Shown here piece after piece: positions 34,295 to 42,547 of a stretch of DNA of 44,468 nucleotides. Location: IMG/VR virus record IMGVR_UViG_3300008055_000147; one strand, given 5' to 3'. Under the pieces are notes generated by a model that was not told the DNA's origin, made no database searches, and saw only the letters and a list, made by a program, of their open reading frames with translations. This stretch comes from a virus. Position 1 is the first letter of the stretch; the number at the start of each line of letters is the position of its first letter. The position numbers were made by a program, and so were the translations under genes.

Positions 34295-35017
34295 CTACGC
34301 AGGGGGTGACCAAAGATTTGGGCGCTGTTTGCTGTGGTCATATTCCCCTGGCCGAAGGATGCGAGCACAGCGGGCCATCTGCACCGCAAAGGCAGGTGCA
34401 TGACCTGCCTTGAGGTATGCCTTCTGCACTGCCAGCCACATGTCTTCCTCGGTCTCACAGTCAGCCAATGCCTTGCTGGCTGCCACCGGGCCAACGCCTT
34501 TGCAACCTGGGTAGCCATCAGCCGCATCCCCGGTGAGCACCTGGCTGTAGAAGGCCAGGTCCGCCTGGGCCAGGGTGACCTCACTGATCTCAGTGCCCTG
34601 TAGGTGCAGGCCAGGGACTGTCTTCAGGTCTTTATCCCTAGAGACGATGACATCACCGGGCTCAGCCACCAGGGCGAGCACATCATCACCTTCCACATTG
34701 GCGATGAAGTGACTGGGCCAAAGGGATTCACACCAGGGTCTCAGTGCCCCATAGCCAGCAGGTCTACGGGTCTTGCGGCGGTTGGACTTGTAGTCGGAGT
34801 AGACCGCATATCTGTAGTTGGTGCGGTCACCAAAGCACAGGTGGATCTCAGCATCAGGGAGAGTGTTCTCGATAGCTGCCACCTCAGCTTCAAAAGCAGT
34901 CTTGGCATCAGTGATGCGGCAGAGGTAGGTCCACACATCAGGCTGCAGTTCAGCTTCGTATTCAGCAGCAGCAGCGCAGCGGTAGAGGAAGACCTCAGCA
35001 TCAATCAGGGCTTTCAT
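34295..35017 (-). CDS. 5'-3' exonuclease (T7 gp6-like, FEN/PIN family)
   Basis: MKALIDAEVFLYR..., YKSNRR, NVEGDDVLA and SRDKDL motifs are typical of the FEN-type exonuclease fold. It is the last gene of the leftward block. Confidence 0.8.
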   Translation of the reverse strand: MKALIDAEVFLYRCAAAAEYEAELQPDVWTYLCRITDAKTAFEAEVAAIENTLPDAEIHLCFGDRTNYRYAVYSDYKSNRRKTRRPAGYGALRPWCESLWPSHFIANVEGDDVLALVAEPGDVIVSRDKDLKTVPGLHLQGTEISEVTLAQADLAFYSQVLTGDAADGYPGCKGVGPVAASKALADCETEEDMWLAVQKAYLKAGHAPAFAVQMARCARILRPGEYDHSKQRPNLWSPPA

Positions 35018-35210
35018 GGGCCTCTTTGATTAGGTAGTCAGCAACTTCATTGACGGCCAGGTGGCAGATGCGGGCGCGGTCCTCTGGTGGGGCCATGGCA
35101 CGAATGGCTGAAGCGACCTCACGGATCACTGCTGCCATACGTCTGCGTTCGTCAACGCCATACGCCCCTAGCGATTGGTGAATCTCGATGCAGCTATCAA
35201 GCAGATTCAT
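35001..35210 (-). CDS. hypothetical protein (69 aa)
   Basis: ORF coupled to its neighbours. No family recognised. Confidence 0.5.
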   Translation of the reverse strand: MNLLDSCIEIHQSLGAYGVDERRRMAAVIREVASAIRAMAPPEDRARICHLAVNEVADYLIKEAHESPD

Positions 35211-35581
35211 GGCACCTCTGTCAGTGGGTCATAAAAAGCTGAGCAAATACCGGCAAAGAATCCACCGGCTTCAGGGATGCCAAGGGTGCAGTTGTGATCC
35301 CAGTGAACGCATTTGCCGCAGTGCATCCTGGGTGGCAGGCCATCCATCCCCAACCAGTCGGGCATTGGTGTTTCGGCGATCTGCTGATCAGTAGGTGGTG
35401 GGACTTGCTTCCAGTTGATGTAGCAGCAGGCATTGCGCAAAGTCTGAGAGCTGATACCCCATCCCCTTGCCAACTTGGCCAACGTGCCCTTAGGTCCTTT
35501 GGCGCAGTAGATGCGGGCCTGGGTAACCATCTCCTCAGTCAACACTGCATTGGGGCTATCCACTCCGTAGTGGAAGATCAT
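35207..35581 (-). CDS. HTH DNA-binding protein with a Cys/His-rich C-terminus
   Basis: LTEEMVTQARIYCAKGPKGTLAKLARGWGISSQTLRNACCYINW is HTH-like. The C-terminus is HCGKCVHWDHNC. Confidence 0.5.
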   Translation of the reverse strand: MIFHYGVDSPNAVLTEEMVTQARIYCAKGPKGTLAKLARGWGISSQTLRNACCYINWKQVPPPTDQQIAETPMPDWLGMDGLPPRMHCGKCVHWDHNCTLGIPEAGGFFAGICSAFYDPLTEVP

Positions 35582-35805
35582 GGCTCAATCACCTCAACAG
35601 TTGCGCCAGGCCAGCGGGCCAATGCGTACTGCTTGGCCTTGTCAGCAGTGGCCGCCTTAGTTGTCCACTTCATGGGTCTCAAGGTCTGGATGGTGACCTT
35701 GAGGGTGAACTGCCTGGTCCTCTCCTTATCGAGCGGGCGGCTGATGCCAGGGCCATAGCGGCTGCCAGTGTCCTCGTCCCAGAAGTGTGGCTGCATCCCT
35801 CCCAT
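35578..35805 (-). CDS. hypothetical protein (75 aa)
   Basis: The ATG at 35805 overlaps the upstream stop (TGATG). The track ORF extends to 35859. Confidence 0.45.
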   Translation of the reverse strand: MGGMQPHFWDEDTGSRYGPGISRPLDKERTRQFTLKVTIQTLRPMKWTTKAATADKAKQYALARWPGATVEVIEP

Positions 35806-36002
35806 CACTCGTTCTCCGCTTCGATGATGTGGCTGCAGGCACGGATGTAGCCATCCCAATAGCAGGAGACCGAGTGAGCACCGTCTTTTACCGCCTGGTT
35901 GTACTGGCGGAAGGCAAAGATCTTGAGCCGCTTGAGGGTGCCAACAGTGACATCAAGCTGGCGGTCCTCACTGAAGTCTGATGTTTCTGGTGTCGTAGAC
36001 AT
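35805..36002 (-). CDS. hypothetical protein (65 aa)
   Basis: ATG at 36002 (MSTTPETSDFSEDRQ...). The track ORF extends to 36089. Confidence 0.45.
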   Translation of the reverse strand: MSTTPETSDFSEDRQLDVTVGTLKRLKIFAFRQYNQAVKDGAHSVSCYWDGYIRACSHIIEAENE

Positions 36003-36165
36003 TGGTGGTTTTAGGGGTTGAAGATTGTGCCCAAAGGACTGAGCATCTGGTGGGGAATATGCGGACAACAGTGCCCTTCTTCCATCCATCAGCGCCGTAG
36101 AAGTGAACGGGTTGCTCTGGCTTGAGTTGGTCCCAGCTCAGAACATCCCTGCCGGGTCGATCCAT
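35968..36165 (-). CDS. hypothetical protein (65 aa)
   Basis: ATG at 36165 (MDRPGRDVLSWDQLKPEQPVHFYGADGWKKGTVVRIF...). Overlaps the helicase 3' end by 28 nt. Confidence 0.4.
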   Translation of the reverse strand: MDRPGRDVLSWDQLKPEQPVHFYGADGWKKGTVVRIFPTRCSVLWAQSSTPKTTNVYDTRNIRLQ

Positions 36166-37718
36166 TTCTGCTCCATTTGTTGGGTGTCTTCTGTGAAGAC
36201 GAATGAGCCTGCATAACCACATCGGCCAAGCATCCTGTTTTTGAGGCAGTAAGAATGAGTTGTTTGGTCACCACGCTTGCGGCCCAGTGCCCAAATTGTG
36301 TCCGCCAGTTGGACCACGGAATGTGAGCCCCTGATGTCATGTAATTCGGGTACACCGCCGTCTTCCATGTTCTTGCTCTGGCTAGATCCACGGTTCAGGT
36401 GATTTATGGCAATCACCGTGCATTTGGTGGCAGCAATAAAGCTCCTGATCTTGGTCACCATTGCATCGAGATGCTTGGTGTCCTGCGCCAGACCAGAGCC
36501 CAGGATTGTCAGGTGATCCAGGAAGATGAACTCACACTTCAGCGTCCGAACCATGTAGTTCATCCGTTGAAGAATGACCTTCTCATCGAGGGAGCCGAAG
36601 TGATCGAATAGCTCAAGGGTCCCTGAGCCGGTAACGAACTTGTCCGCCTGGGCAATGCGGGTCAGCTCGTCATCAGTGAGCCCTGCGTAGTTCTGTCTGG
36701 CATGGAGCTGGATGCCAGCAGCCAGGCCAACAAACCTGAAGACGGCCTCCTCAGCGGTCTCCTCCAGGCCAACCCAGCCAACCTTGTGGCCGGACTCCAT
36801 CAGCCCCAGGGCCAGGGCACGGGCAAAGGTGGTCTTACCCACCCCAGACCCAGCCACCAGCACAATCAGCTGGTTGTCATAGAAGGGTGCCTTCTGATTC
36901 CACCAGGCAAAAGCGGTATCAGTAGCCCGGCGATCTGGTGGCTTGAGCACCAGGCCCTGATAGGCCGAGGCTGGCTTGATGCCATCAGGCCGTAACTCCT
37001 TGGCGGCATAGATCGCTTCACGGGCCGCCATTGAACCCATCTCTTGGATGGTGTCGTTGGCGTCCTTGCAGGGAAAGACAACACGGCGAACCTGACCAGC
37101 CTCAAACAAGCCCACCAGGGCCTTGGCCGCAGCCTCCCCTGGGCCATCCATATCGGTGGCGATGTAGATGGTCTTGAACTGGTTGAAGAAGTCGAGCTTC
37201 TCCTCCACGAACTTGGCTGCGCTCTGCGCCCCGTTAGGGACCGAGATGCCAATGACCTTGCCGTTGGTGGCATAGGTGATCGAGGGGGCATCGAACTCCC
37301 CTTCACAGATGGCAATGCCTTCGTGGTGGGAGGGGCTGGCTAGGTGGGCACCAAAGCCAGCAACACCCTTGGCAGTGCCAGTCCAGCTGATCTTCTTTTC
37401 GTCGGAGCGATGCTTCTGGCCAATGACCTTTCCGGCATCATCCCGGTATTGGAAGACCACACCACCTTCAATACGAAGAATCCCGTATTGATCGAGTATG
37501 CGCTTGGGCAAACCCCGGTAGTTGTCATCCCCCCAGGGGATCAGGTTGGCCTCACTCATTGGCCGAACAGGGTCGAGTCGGGGCGCTCTTTCAGCTTCGG
37601 TTTCGCCTTTCGTGTAGGCGTTACACGCGAAGCAGTACGAGTGATCTGAATAGACCGCCAGACCGTCAGAGCTGCCGCAAGGGCAAGGGCTATGCCGAAG
37701 GAACTTGGACTCACTCAC
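36138..37718 (-). CDS. bifunctional primase-helicase (T7 gp4-like)
   Basis: Zinc finger CPCGSSDGLAVYSDHSYCFAC, TOPRIM motifs (IAICEGEFDA, IATDMDGPGE) and a DnaB-type Walker A (AGSGVGKTTF). Ends ...WIDPAGMF. Confidence 0.9.
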   Translation of the reverse strand: MSESKFLRHSPCPCGSSDGLAVYSDHSYCFACNAYTKGETEAERAPRLDPVRPMSEANLIPWGDDNYRGLPKRILDQYGILRIEGGVVFQYRDDAGKVIGQKHRSDEKKISWTGTAKGVAGFGAHLASPSHHEGIAICEGEFDAPSITYATNGKVIGISVPNGAQSAAKFVEEKLDFFNQFKTIYIATDMDGPGEAAAKALVGLFEAGQVRRVVFPCKDANDTIQEMGSMAAREAIYAAKELRPDGIKPASAYQGLVLKPPDRRATDTAFAWWNQKAPFYDNQLIVLVAGSGVGKTTFARALALGLMESGHKVGWVGLEETAEEAVFRFVGLAAGIQLHARQNYAGLTDDELTRIAQADKFVTGSGTLELFDHFGSLDEKVILQRMNYMVRTLKCEFIFLDHLTILGSGLAQDTKHLDAMVTKIRSFIAATKCTVIAINHLNRGSSQSKNMEDGGVPELHDIRGSHSVVQLADTIWALGRKRGDQTTHSYCLKNRMLGRCGYAGSFVFTEDTQQMEQKWIDPAGMF

Positions 37719-37905
37719 TGGCCTCCAGAGGGCCTCGGACTGTCATCCAACCCTTGATCTTTCCTTGCCAAACAACTTGGTGTTCGTGGGTGGTGAAGTG
37801 GGCCCCGCACTCATCGCAGATGCGGTATCGGCGGTTAAAGGCGGGCCTGGACTTCAGCTCCTTCACCCTGCTTTTGGGGCTGCTGCATTTAGGGCAGGCA
37901 ATCAT
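37711..37905 (-). CDS. zinc-ribbon protein (NrdR N-terminal-like / Ogr-Delta-like)
   Basis: MIACPKCSSPKSRVKELKSRPAFNRRYRICDECGAHFTTHEH parallels E. coli NrdR MHCPFCFAVDTKVIDSRLV...VRRRRQCLVCNERFTTFE. There is no ATP-cone. Confidence 0.6.
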   Translation of the reverse strand: MIACPKCSSPKSRVKELKSRPAFNRRYRICDECGAHFTTHEHQVVWQGKIKGWMTVRGPLEASE

Positions 37906-38270
37906 GGCTTCTCATTCCAAATGATCTTCATGTAGATGGATGCGTCCTTGGGTGAAGCGTGTGACCAGCGCATGGCAATAGAGCGAATGACTGTCACGTT
38001 GTCGTCCTTCCAAATCAGGCCATTACCTGCATCAAGAAGTGAGCCCAGGCGGTTATCAAGGTCACCTCTGGCAGGGCCATGGAAGTGACAGATAAGGCAG
38101 TTGATGTGGATTAGGGGAGGGTCGGTCCACCACTCCCCCATCAGTGCCCGGCACTGCCCCAGCCACTCCTTGTAAACCTTGTCGGTGTAAGGGCGGGACT
38201 GCCCCATAAACGACCTGGGCCTGGCCTTGGAGATGGGCCTGATTGGCAGGGATAGGTCAGCTGTTTGCAT
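37902..38270 (-). CDS. rusA: RusA-like Holliday junction resolvase
   Basis: 122 aa. RGDLDNRLGSLLDAGNGLIWKDDNVT matches the RusA catalytic region. It occupies the position of T7 gp3. Confidence 0.7.
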   Translation of the reverse strand: MQTADLSLPIRPISKARPRSFMGQSRPYTDKVYKEWLGQCRALMGEWWTDPPLIHINCLICHFHGPARGDLDNRLGSLLDAGNGLIWKDDNVTVIRSIAMRWSHASPKDASIYMKIIWNEKP

Positions 38271-38818
38271 CAGAACGGCATCTCCGGGTCCACATACCCA
38301 CCGGGGACGACATCAAAAACTTCGGCGCCGCCTTTGCGCTCAAACTCCACTAGGTCCACGACCTGGGCCTTGAGTGGTTGGAAGGTCAGACCGCAACCAG
38401 TGGGGCCCTCCCATGCGTAGATCGAGAAGGCAATGATCACCTTGGAGCCGTTGCCGATCTCCTTATCAGCAGGCCAGGGGTTCTTGCGGGAGTCGAACAG
38501 GGTCGGCCCTTCAGAAGCGGTGCCGTCCTTGCGCTTGAACTCGTTGAGCTTGAAGCGCACCACGGTTTTGGTGTCGTCTTCTTTGTCGGCTTTCCAGGGG
38601 AAGGCTGCTGAGTGCTTGCGCTTCTGACCGTGGAGGGTTTCGTACTGGTCCTCCATCTGCACCAACCATTCCGCATGGGTCTTGTTGGCGTTGTCGAGCA
38701 CCAGATCAGTCGTCCACTGATTGGCCTTGCTGGGATCGAAGGTGTTGGGGCGGGCAGGGCCAACCAACTTGCACCACCGGACTTCTGCCAGGGGGGTGAC
38801 GTAAAGCTCTTTTGCCAT
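38270..38818 (-). CDS. single-stranded DNA-binding protein (T7 gp2.5-like)
   Basis: 182 aa, located just after the RNAP gene. The tail ends ...DPEMPF with a terminal Phe, as in gp2.5. The start is preceded by CCCACGACC (38821-38829). Confidence 0.7.
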   Translation of the reverse strand: MAKELYVTPLAEVRWCKLVGPARPNTFDPSKANQWTTDLVLDNANKTHAEWLVQMEDQYETLHGQKRKHSAAFPWKADKEDDTKTVVRFKLNEFKRKDGTASEGPTLFDSRKNPWPADKEIGNGSKVIIAFSIYAWEGPTGCGLTFQPLKAQVVDLVEFERKGGAEVFDVVPGGYVDPEMPF

Positions 38819-38820
38819 GT

Positions 38821-38829
38821 GGTCGTGGG
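38821..38829 (-). promoter_or_regulatory. early-gene box CCCACGACC, 2 nt before the SSB ATG
   Basis: Minus sense: CTACGACATTCCCACGACCAC-ATG. Confidence 0.5.
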
Positions 38830-38855
38830 AATGTCGTAGACCCAGCCAAGTTACC

Positions 38856-38880
38856 TAATACTCTCCACCCCTGTAAATAC
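38856..38880 (+). promoter_or_regulatory. phage-RNAP-type promoter-like motif (TAATACTCTCCACCCCTGTAAATAC), antisense to the RNAP gene
   Basis: Plus-strand copy 25 nt to the left of the RNAP stop codon (38905), so it points into the RNAP gene from its 3' end. Core 38863-38878 matches 41359-41374 at 15 of 16 positions. Confidence 0.45.
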
Positions 38881-38904
38881 CTACGAGCCGAGTCTCTTGC
38901 GTCT

Positions 38905-41217
38905 TTAGCTGAACAGGTAAGGGTTGTTGCCGATCTCGCCAGGGCAAAGCGTGTTCACCATTGGGGGTTCAGGCAGCACTTTCCCGCTCCTGTCCTGCAT
39001 CTCCTGGTGCCAGACGCCTAGCCAATCGGTTGAATACATACGACGCATCTCATCCAGCAGCATTTGATGTGTCGTACCAGCATGGCTGGGGTGGATGCTG
39101 AAGCAGTCGTGATTAGTCAGCACAGGGATGCCGTGCTCTCCAGCCCTGTGAACAATGGCCTGGAGGAACGCTGCATCCAGGCTGTGGGTGAAATTGGCAG
39201 CAATGCTTTTGTTTGCTCCCCGGTAGCTGAGGGGTGCATCTGCCGGCTGGTCGGCAATGTTCATTGACACCTTTTTGCCAAACAGCAGGGTGTTGACCGT
39301 GGTGGTCTTGGACTCCCGGTCAGCAATCCGCATGGGCCAGCCCATTGGGGACGTCCACTCCAGGGGCCTGGCGTCCGGCGGTGCCATCACCTTCTTGGCG
39401 CAGGCCCTCAGCCATCGCTGCAGGGTGTTGGTCAGCTGAAGCTGCTCTTTGATCTCAGCCCATAGGTGTTTGGCCAGGTATCGAGCAGGCACTGCCACCC
39501 GATAGGCGAACTGCTCCAGGGGCACCGGGCCAACGTGCTCAGCCATCAGATCCACCAGCCCATCGGTGAGGCTCATGTGTTTGCCGCCGTAGGGGGCCGC
39601 CAGCACGGCGCTTTTCACGGTGGAGCGGGTGATGCCGTAGTCCAGCCACAGCTGGCTCAGCCCCCGCTGGGCAGGGGTCTCATAGAACTCCTGGTCGTGC
39701 TTGAGACGGGCGATCAGCTTTCCTGCCACCACCCCATAGAGGTCCTTGGGGGTGGAGCCCCAGAGGTTGCACAGCCGGCCCACCTCCCTGTCCCGCATCA
39801 GGGCAGCAAGGATGCCTGGCCCGCTGGAGGTCTGGTCAAGGCGGATCGGCACCCCGGTGGAGCCCGTTTCCCGCACCTCCTTCATGCCGATGCAGACCTG
39901 GAGGTATTGCCAGGGGTCCTTAGCCCCGCGCCATAGCTCAAGCCTGCTGAGCGGGTCTTCAGCAGCTGCCAGCATTTCGGGTAGGTGGTCCCTGCCCCAT
40001 TGCAGGCGGTCCTCCCAACTGCTGCGCGACATGCCCCAGTGCCCTGCTGCTGCCTTGAGCATCCAGTCACAGCCTTCCGAGTTAACAGGGAACCTGGCCG
40101 CAAAGCTGAGCACTGCTTTCTCTGCATCGCTGCCCTGGTGGGAGACGTACCGATTCAGGGTGTAGAGCCTGCCTCGGTGGTCGGCGTTCCATGCCTGGTA
40201 GACGGTCTCTCCGGCCAGGGTTTCTGAGTGCTGCAGCGCCCGCTCAATCTTGATTCGTTTGGGTCTATGGATCTCCTGGTCCCGGTGTGCCTGCCAGGCC
40301 ATCGCGTTTCTGGCCTTGAGGTCTTCCTCGTTGGGATCTGAACCCAGCCGATCAGGCATTTGCATCGGCACCTTGGCGCAGGGCCATAGCCCGTCGATGC
40401 CGTTATCCCAGCTGATGCGTTGCAGCTCGATCAGCTCGGCACTTACCGACAGGGCGACGGACTGCAAGTGATTGACCCCGGCGATGATCCGGGCCATGTC
40501 CGCCTGGCGGTAGTGCTCGGTGGCCGTGGTCCTCAGCTCGTCCATATCTGGGACGGGCACCTTGATCAAACAGTCATCACTGCCCAGCAGGCCACCGCCG
40601 AACAGCCCCTCCCATGGCACTGGTGGGCAGAGCATGGCGGTGTGAGATGTCCTATGGCCAAGGGGCGGACAGGCAATCACAAACGCCATTGCCTCTTCGG
40701 TGGGCACCACAAAGTTGGGCATGGTCTTGCCAATCCGGTGCTTCACCATCCGCAGCAACCCCAGCCGCAGGATGTGATCCATCAGGAACTGCCCTACCTG
40801 AAGCCTGGTGCGGTCGTCCCACTTGGGTGCTGGGCAATGGAGCAGCGCCATCACCTTGGGGCTCGCCAGTGTGCGCTTAGCCATGCGCTCCCGGAGCAGC
40901 CGCCGCATCTCCACCGGCCTGGTATCCCGCAGCCGGATCAACCGGGCCTCAGCCTCCACTGCCCAGCCCAGGTGCTGGCAGAAGGTGGGGAGACGCTGCT
41001 TACGGGTCAGCTGGTCGATGGCTGCGGTGAGACCAACAGCTGCCAGCTGGGCCACTGAATCAAAGCTGTCGAGCATCGGGATAGCGCCCCAATGCACCCC
41101 TGCCTTGGTGGGGTCATCAGCAAAGCGGCTGAGGGTGGCATCCAGCTCAGCCTCCAGCACTCCTGCAGTGCGCTTGAACAGGGCTGAGCCGTAGGCCAGG
41201 GCGCTCTCCTTGCCCAT
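38905..41217 (-). CDS. single-subunit DNA-directed RNA polymerase (T7 gp1-like)
   Basis: RLDQTSSGPGILAALMRD, ANFTHSLDAAFLQ, LTNHDCFS and the C-terminal ...NPYLFS align with T7 RNAP FDGSCSGIQHFSAMLRD, PNFVHSQDGSHLR, LIHDSFG and ...DFAFA. The first in-frame ATG is at 41217. The open frame extends to a TTG at 41388, so the true start is unresolved. Confidence 0.92.
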   Translation of the reverse strand: MGKESALAYGSALFKRTAGVLEAELDATLSRFADDPTKAGVHWGAIPMLDSFDSVAQLAAVGLTAAIDQLTRKQRLPTFCQHLGWAVEAEARLIRLRDTRPVEMRRLLRERMAKRTLASPKVMALLHCPAPKWDDRTRLQVGQFLMDHILRLGLLRMVKHRIGKTMPNFVVPTEEAMAFVIACPPLGHRTSHTAMLCPPVPWEGLFGGGLLGSDDCLIKVPVPDMDELRTTATEHYRQADMARIIAGVNHLQSVALSVSAELIELQRISWDNGIDGLWPCAKVPMQMPDRLGSDPNEEDLKARNAMAWQAHRDQEIHRPKRIKIERALQHSETLAGETVYQAWNADHRGRLYTLNRYVSHQGSDAEKAVLSFAARFPVNSEGCDWMLKAAAGHWGMSRSSWEDRLQWGRDHLPEMLAAAEDPLSRLELWRGAKDPWQYLQVCIGMKEVRETGSTGVPIRLDQTSSGPGILAALMRDREVGRLCNLWGSTPKDLYGVVAGKLIARLKHDQEFYETPAQRGLSQLWLDYGITRSTVKSAVLAAPYGGKHMSLTDGLVDLMAEHVGPVPLEQFAYRVAVPARYLAKHLWAEIKEQLQLTNTLQRWLRACAKKVMAPPDARPLEWTSPMGWPMRIADRESKTTTVNTLLFGKKVSMNIADQPADAPLSYRGANKSIAANFTHSLDAAFLQAIVHRAGEHGIPVLTNHDCFSIHPSHAGTTHQMLLDEMRRMYSTDWLGVWHQEMQDRSGKVLPEPPMVNTLCPGEIGNNPYLFS

Positions 41218-41303
41218 CTCCTTGAGTCGTCGCTGCTGGGTCAGGTGGGCCTGGCGGGAGCGGGCCTCGGCTTTCAGCTGGCTTGCAATCTGGCGGGCTT
41301 CAA

Positions 41304-41313
41304 GGTCGTGGGT
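41304..41313 (-). promoter_or_regulatory. ACCCACGACC box upstream of the RNAP ATG
   Basis: Exact 10-mer within the open frame upstream of the ATG at 41217. Confidence 0.5.
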
Positions 41314-41350
41314 AACTTGCAATTGCAAATCCTTTGCTTGCAATAGGCAA

Positions 41351-41376
41351 TTTATCTTCTCCACCCCTGTAGATCC
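41351..41376 (+). promoter_or_regulatory. phage-RNAP-type promoter-like motif (TTTATCTTCTCCACCCCTGTAGATCC), pointing toward integrase (antisense)
   Basis: Plus-strand copy in the RNAP upstream region, facing the minus-strand int and MarR-like genes. Confidence 0.45.
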
Positions 41377-41386
41377 AGGTGCAAGC

Positions 41387-41421
41387 AATAAAAAAGGGTG
41401 TTGGCGACTTGCTCAACACCC
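41387..41421 (-). terminator. rho-independent terminator after the integrase gene
   Basis: Minus sense: GGGTGTTG-agcaagtcgc-CAACACCC (8-bp stem) followed by TTTTTTATT. Lies 125 nt past the integrase stop and before the RNAP region. Confidence 0.75.
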
Positions 41422-41545
41422 CTGCAGGGACTCATTTTTGGGATTTTAAGTCCGCTGCGTATACCAATTTCGCCATGCCCCCCAATGGATCTCAGCTGCG
41501 CTTGTGTGCAAGTTGCAAGCAAGTGCAAGTCGGTCCGTGCAAATC

Positions 41546-42547
41546 CTATTGGCGTGTGGACGCAGAAGACAGAACTGCAATGCAATCATCCAGGTCCTGG
41601 GTATCTAGGTGGAGGTAACGGGACACCGCTGCCAGGGTCGTGTGCCCTGAGTAGCGCATCAGCTTGGGCAGGGGGATGCCACCGCCCCCCATGCGTGAGC
41701 AGACGGTATGGCGAGCTGTGTGGATGGTTACGTCATGCAGCCCCAGGGCCAGCTTGGCGTTATCGAACTGGGTCCGCATCTGCCCGTAGCTGATCGTCCA
41801 CACCCGGTAGGTGGGCCGCGGCGGGATGTGCTCGGCCAGTGCATCCATCGCCCTGGTGGTCAATGGGATGGTGCGGGGCTTGCCGTTCTTGGTTCTCCAA
41901 AAGGTGCAGCGGCCTTTCTGGAGGTCAACGTCCTCACCCTTGAGGGCCAGCACCTCCCCGATGCGAGCGCCGGTTTCAGTCAGAAAGACCAGTAGATCGG
42001 CGCACTCCGTTTTGCCGGTGGCCAGGAACCAGGCCACAAACGCCTCGATCTCCTTGTCGGTGAACACCCGGTCCTTGGTGTTGGCCAGCTTCAGCTGGGG
42101 CGGGTACTGAGGCTTTTCCTGGATGTGGCCGTAGGTCAGGGCCTCGGATGCCATAGCCCGCAGTGCGGAGACCGTGTGATTGACGGTGCTGGGCTGGCTG
42201 CCTGCCTTGAGTTGCTCCTGCCTGAATTGGTTTACCTCAGGTGCCCGGATGTCCTCCAGCGGGCACTTGGCGCCGAAGCGGGTGATCCACTTCTGGGCAT
42301 TGATGATCGCGGTTCTACCTCCGGCGGTGCCCTGCCATCTCGTCTGGATGGTCAGCTCCAGAGCCTGCGCCAAGGTGAAGGCGGTGTATCGGGTCTTGGG
42401 TGTGGCAGTGGGCCCCTGGAGGGCCTCCTGCAGCCGGGCCTGAGCCTCTGCCTTGGTGGCTGCTGATAATTGGCGGCGTTGGCCGTTGACGCGGAGATTG
42501 ACTACCCAGCCAGAAGCTCGCCGGGTGATTGTGCCTGTTGTGTCCAT
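41546..42547 (-). CDS. int: tyrosine recombinase (phage integrase)
   Basis: 333 aa. The C-terminal catalytic region TGARIGEVL...HTARHTVCSRM...SGHTTLAAVSRYLHL supplies the R, HxxR, H and Y residues. ACCCACGACCA-ATG start context. Confidence 0.9.
   Translation of the reverse strand: MDTTGTITRRASGWVVNLRVNGQRRQLSAATKAEAQARLQEALQGPTATPKTRYTAFTLAQALELTIQTRWQGTAGGRTAIINAQKWITRFGAKCPLEDIRAPEVNQFRQEQLKAGSQPSTVNHTVSALRAMASEALTYGHIQEKPQYPPQLKLANTKDRVFTDKEIEAFVAWFLATGKTECADLLVFLTETGARIGEVLALKGEDVDLQKGRCTFWRTKNGKPRTIPLTTRAMDALAEHIPPRPTYRVWTISYGQMRTQFDNAKLALGLHDVTIHTARHTVCSRMGGGGIPLPKLMRYSGHTTLAAVSRYLHLDTQDLDDCIAVLSSASTRQ

Larger units (their letters stand above)
41282..41590. promoter_or_regulatory. TGCAA/TTGCAA repeat array between integrase and RNAP
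   Basis: Eleven plus-strand TGCAA pentamers start at 41284, 41318, 41324, 41339, 41380, 41507, 41514, 41524, 41538, 41576 and 41581. The 10-mer TGCAAATCCT occurs twice (41324 and 41538). Confidence 0.6.

Noticed and set aside
34270-34310. Short hairpin CCCCT-ACGC-AGGGG at the convergence point of the two gene blocks, considered as a bidirectional terminator
   Set aside because: The stem is only 5-6 bp, there is no U-run on either strand, and it overlaps the exonuclease stop codon. The evidence is insufficient.
41441-41453. Anticodon-stem-loop-like hairpin (GGA-TTTTAAG-TCC; read on the other strand, CTTAAAA with a TAA triplet) near the integrase, considered as a tRNA fragment or attP core
   Set aside because: It has only a 3-bp stem, there is no T-arm (GTTCGAATC-type) or acceptor sequence nearby, and it cannot be tested without a host genome.
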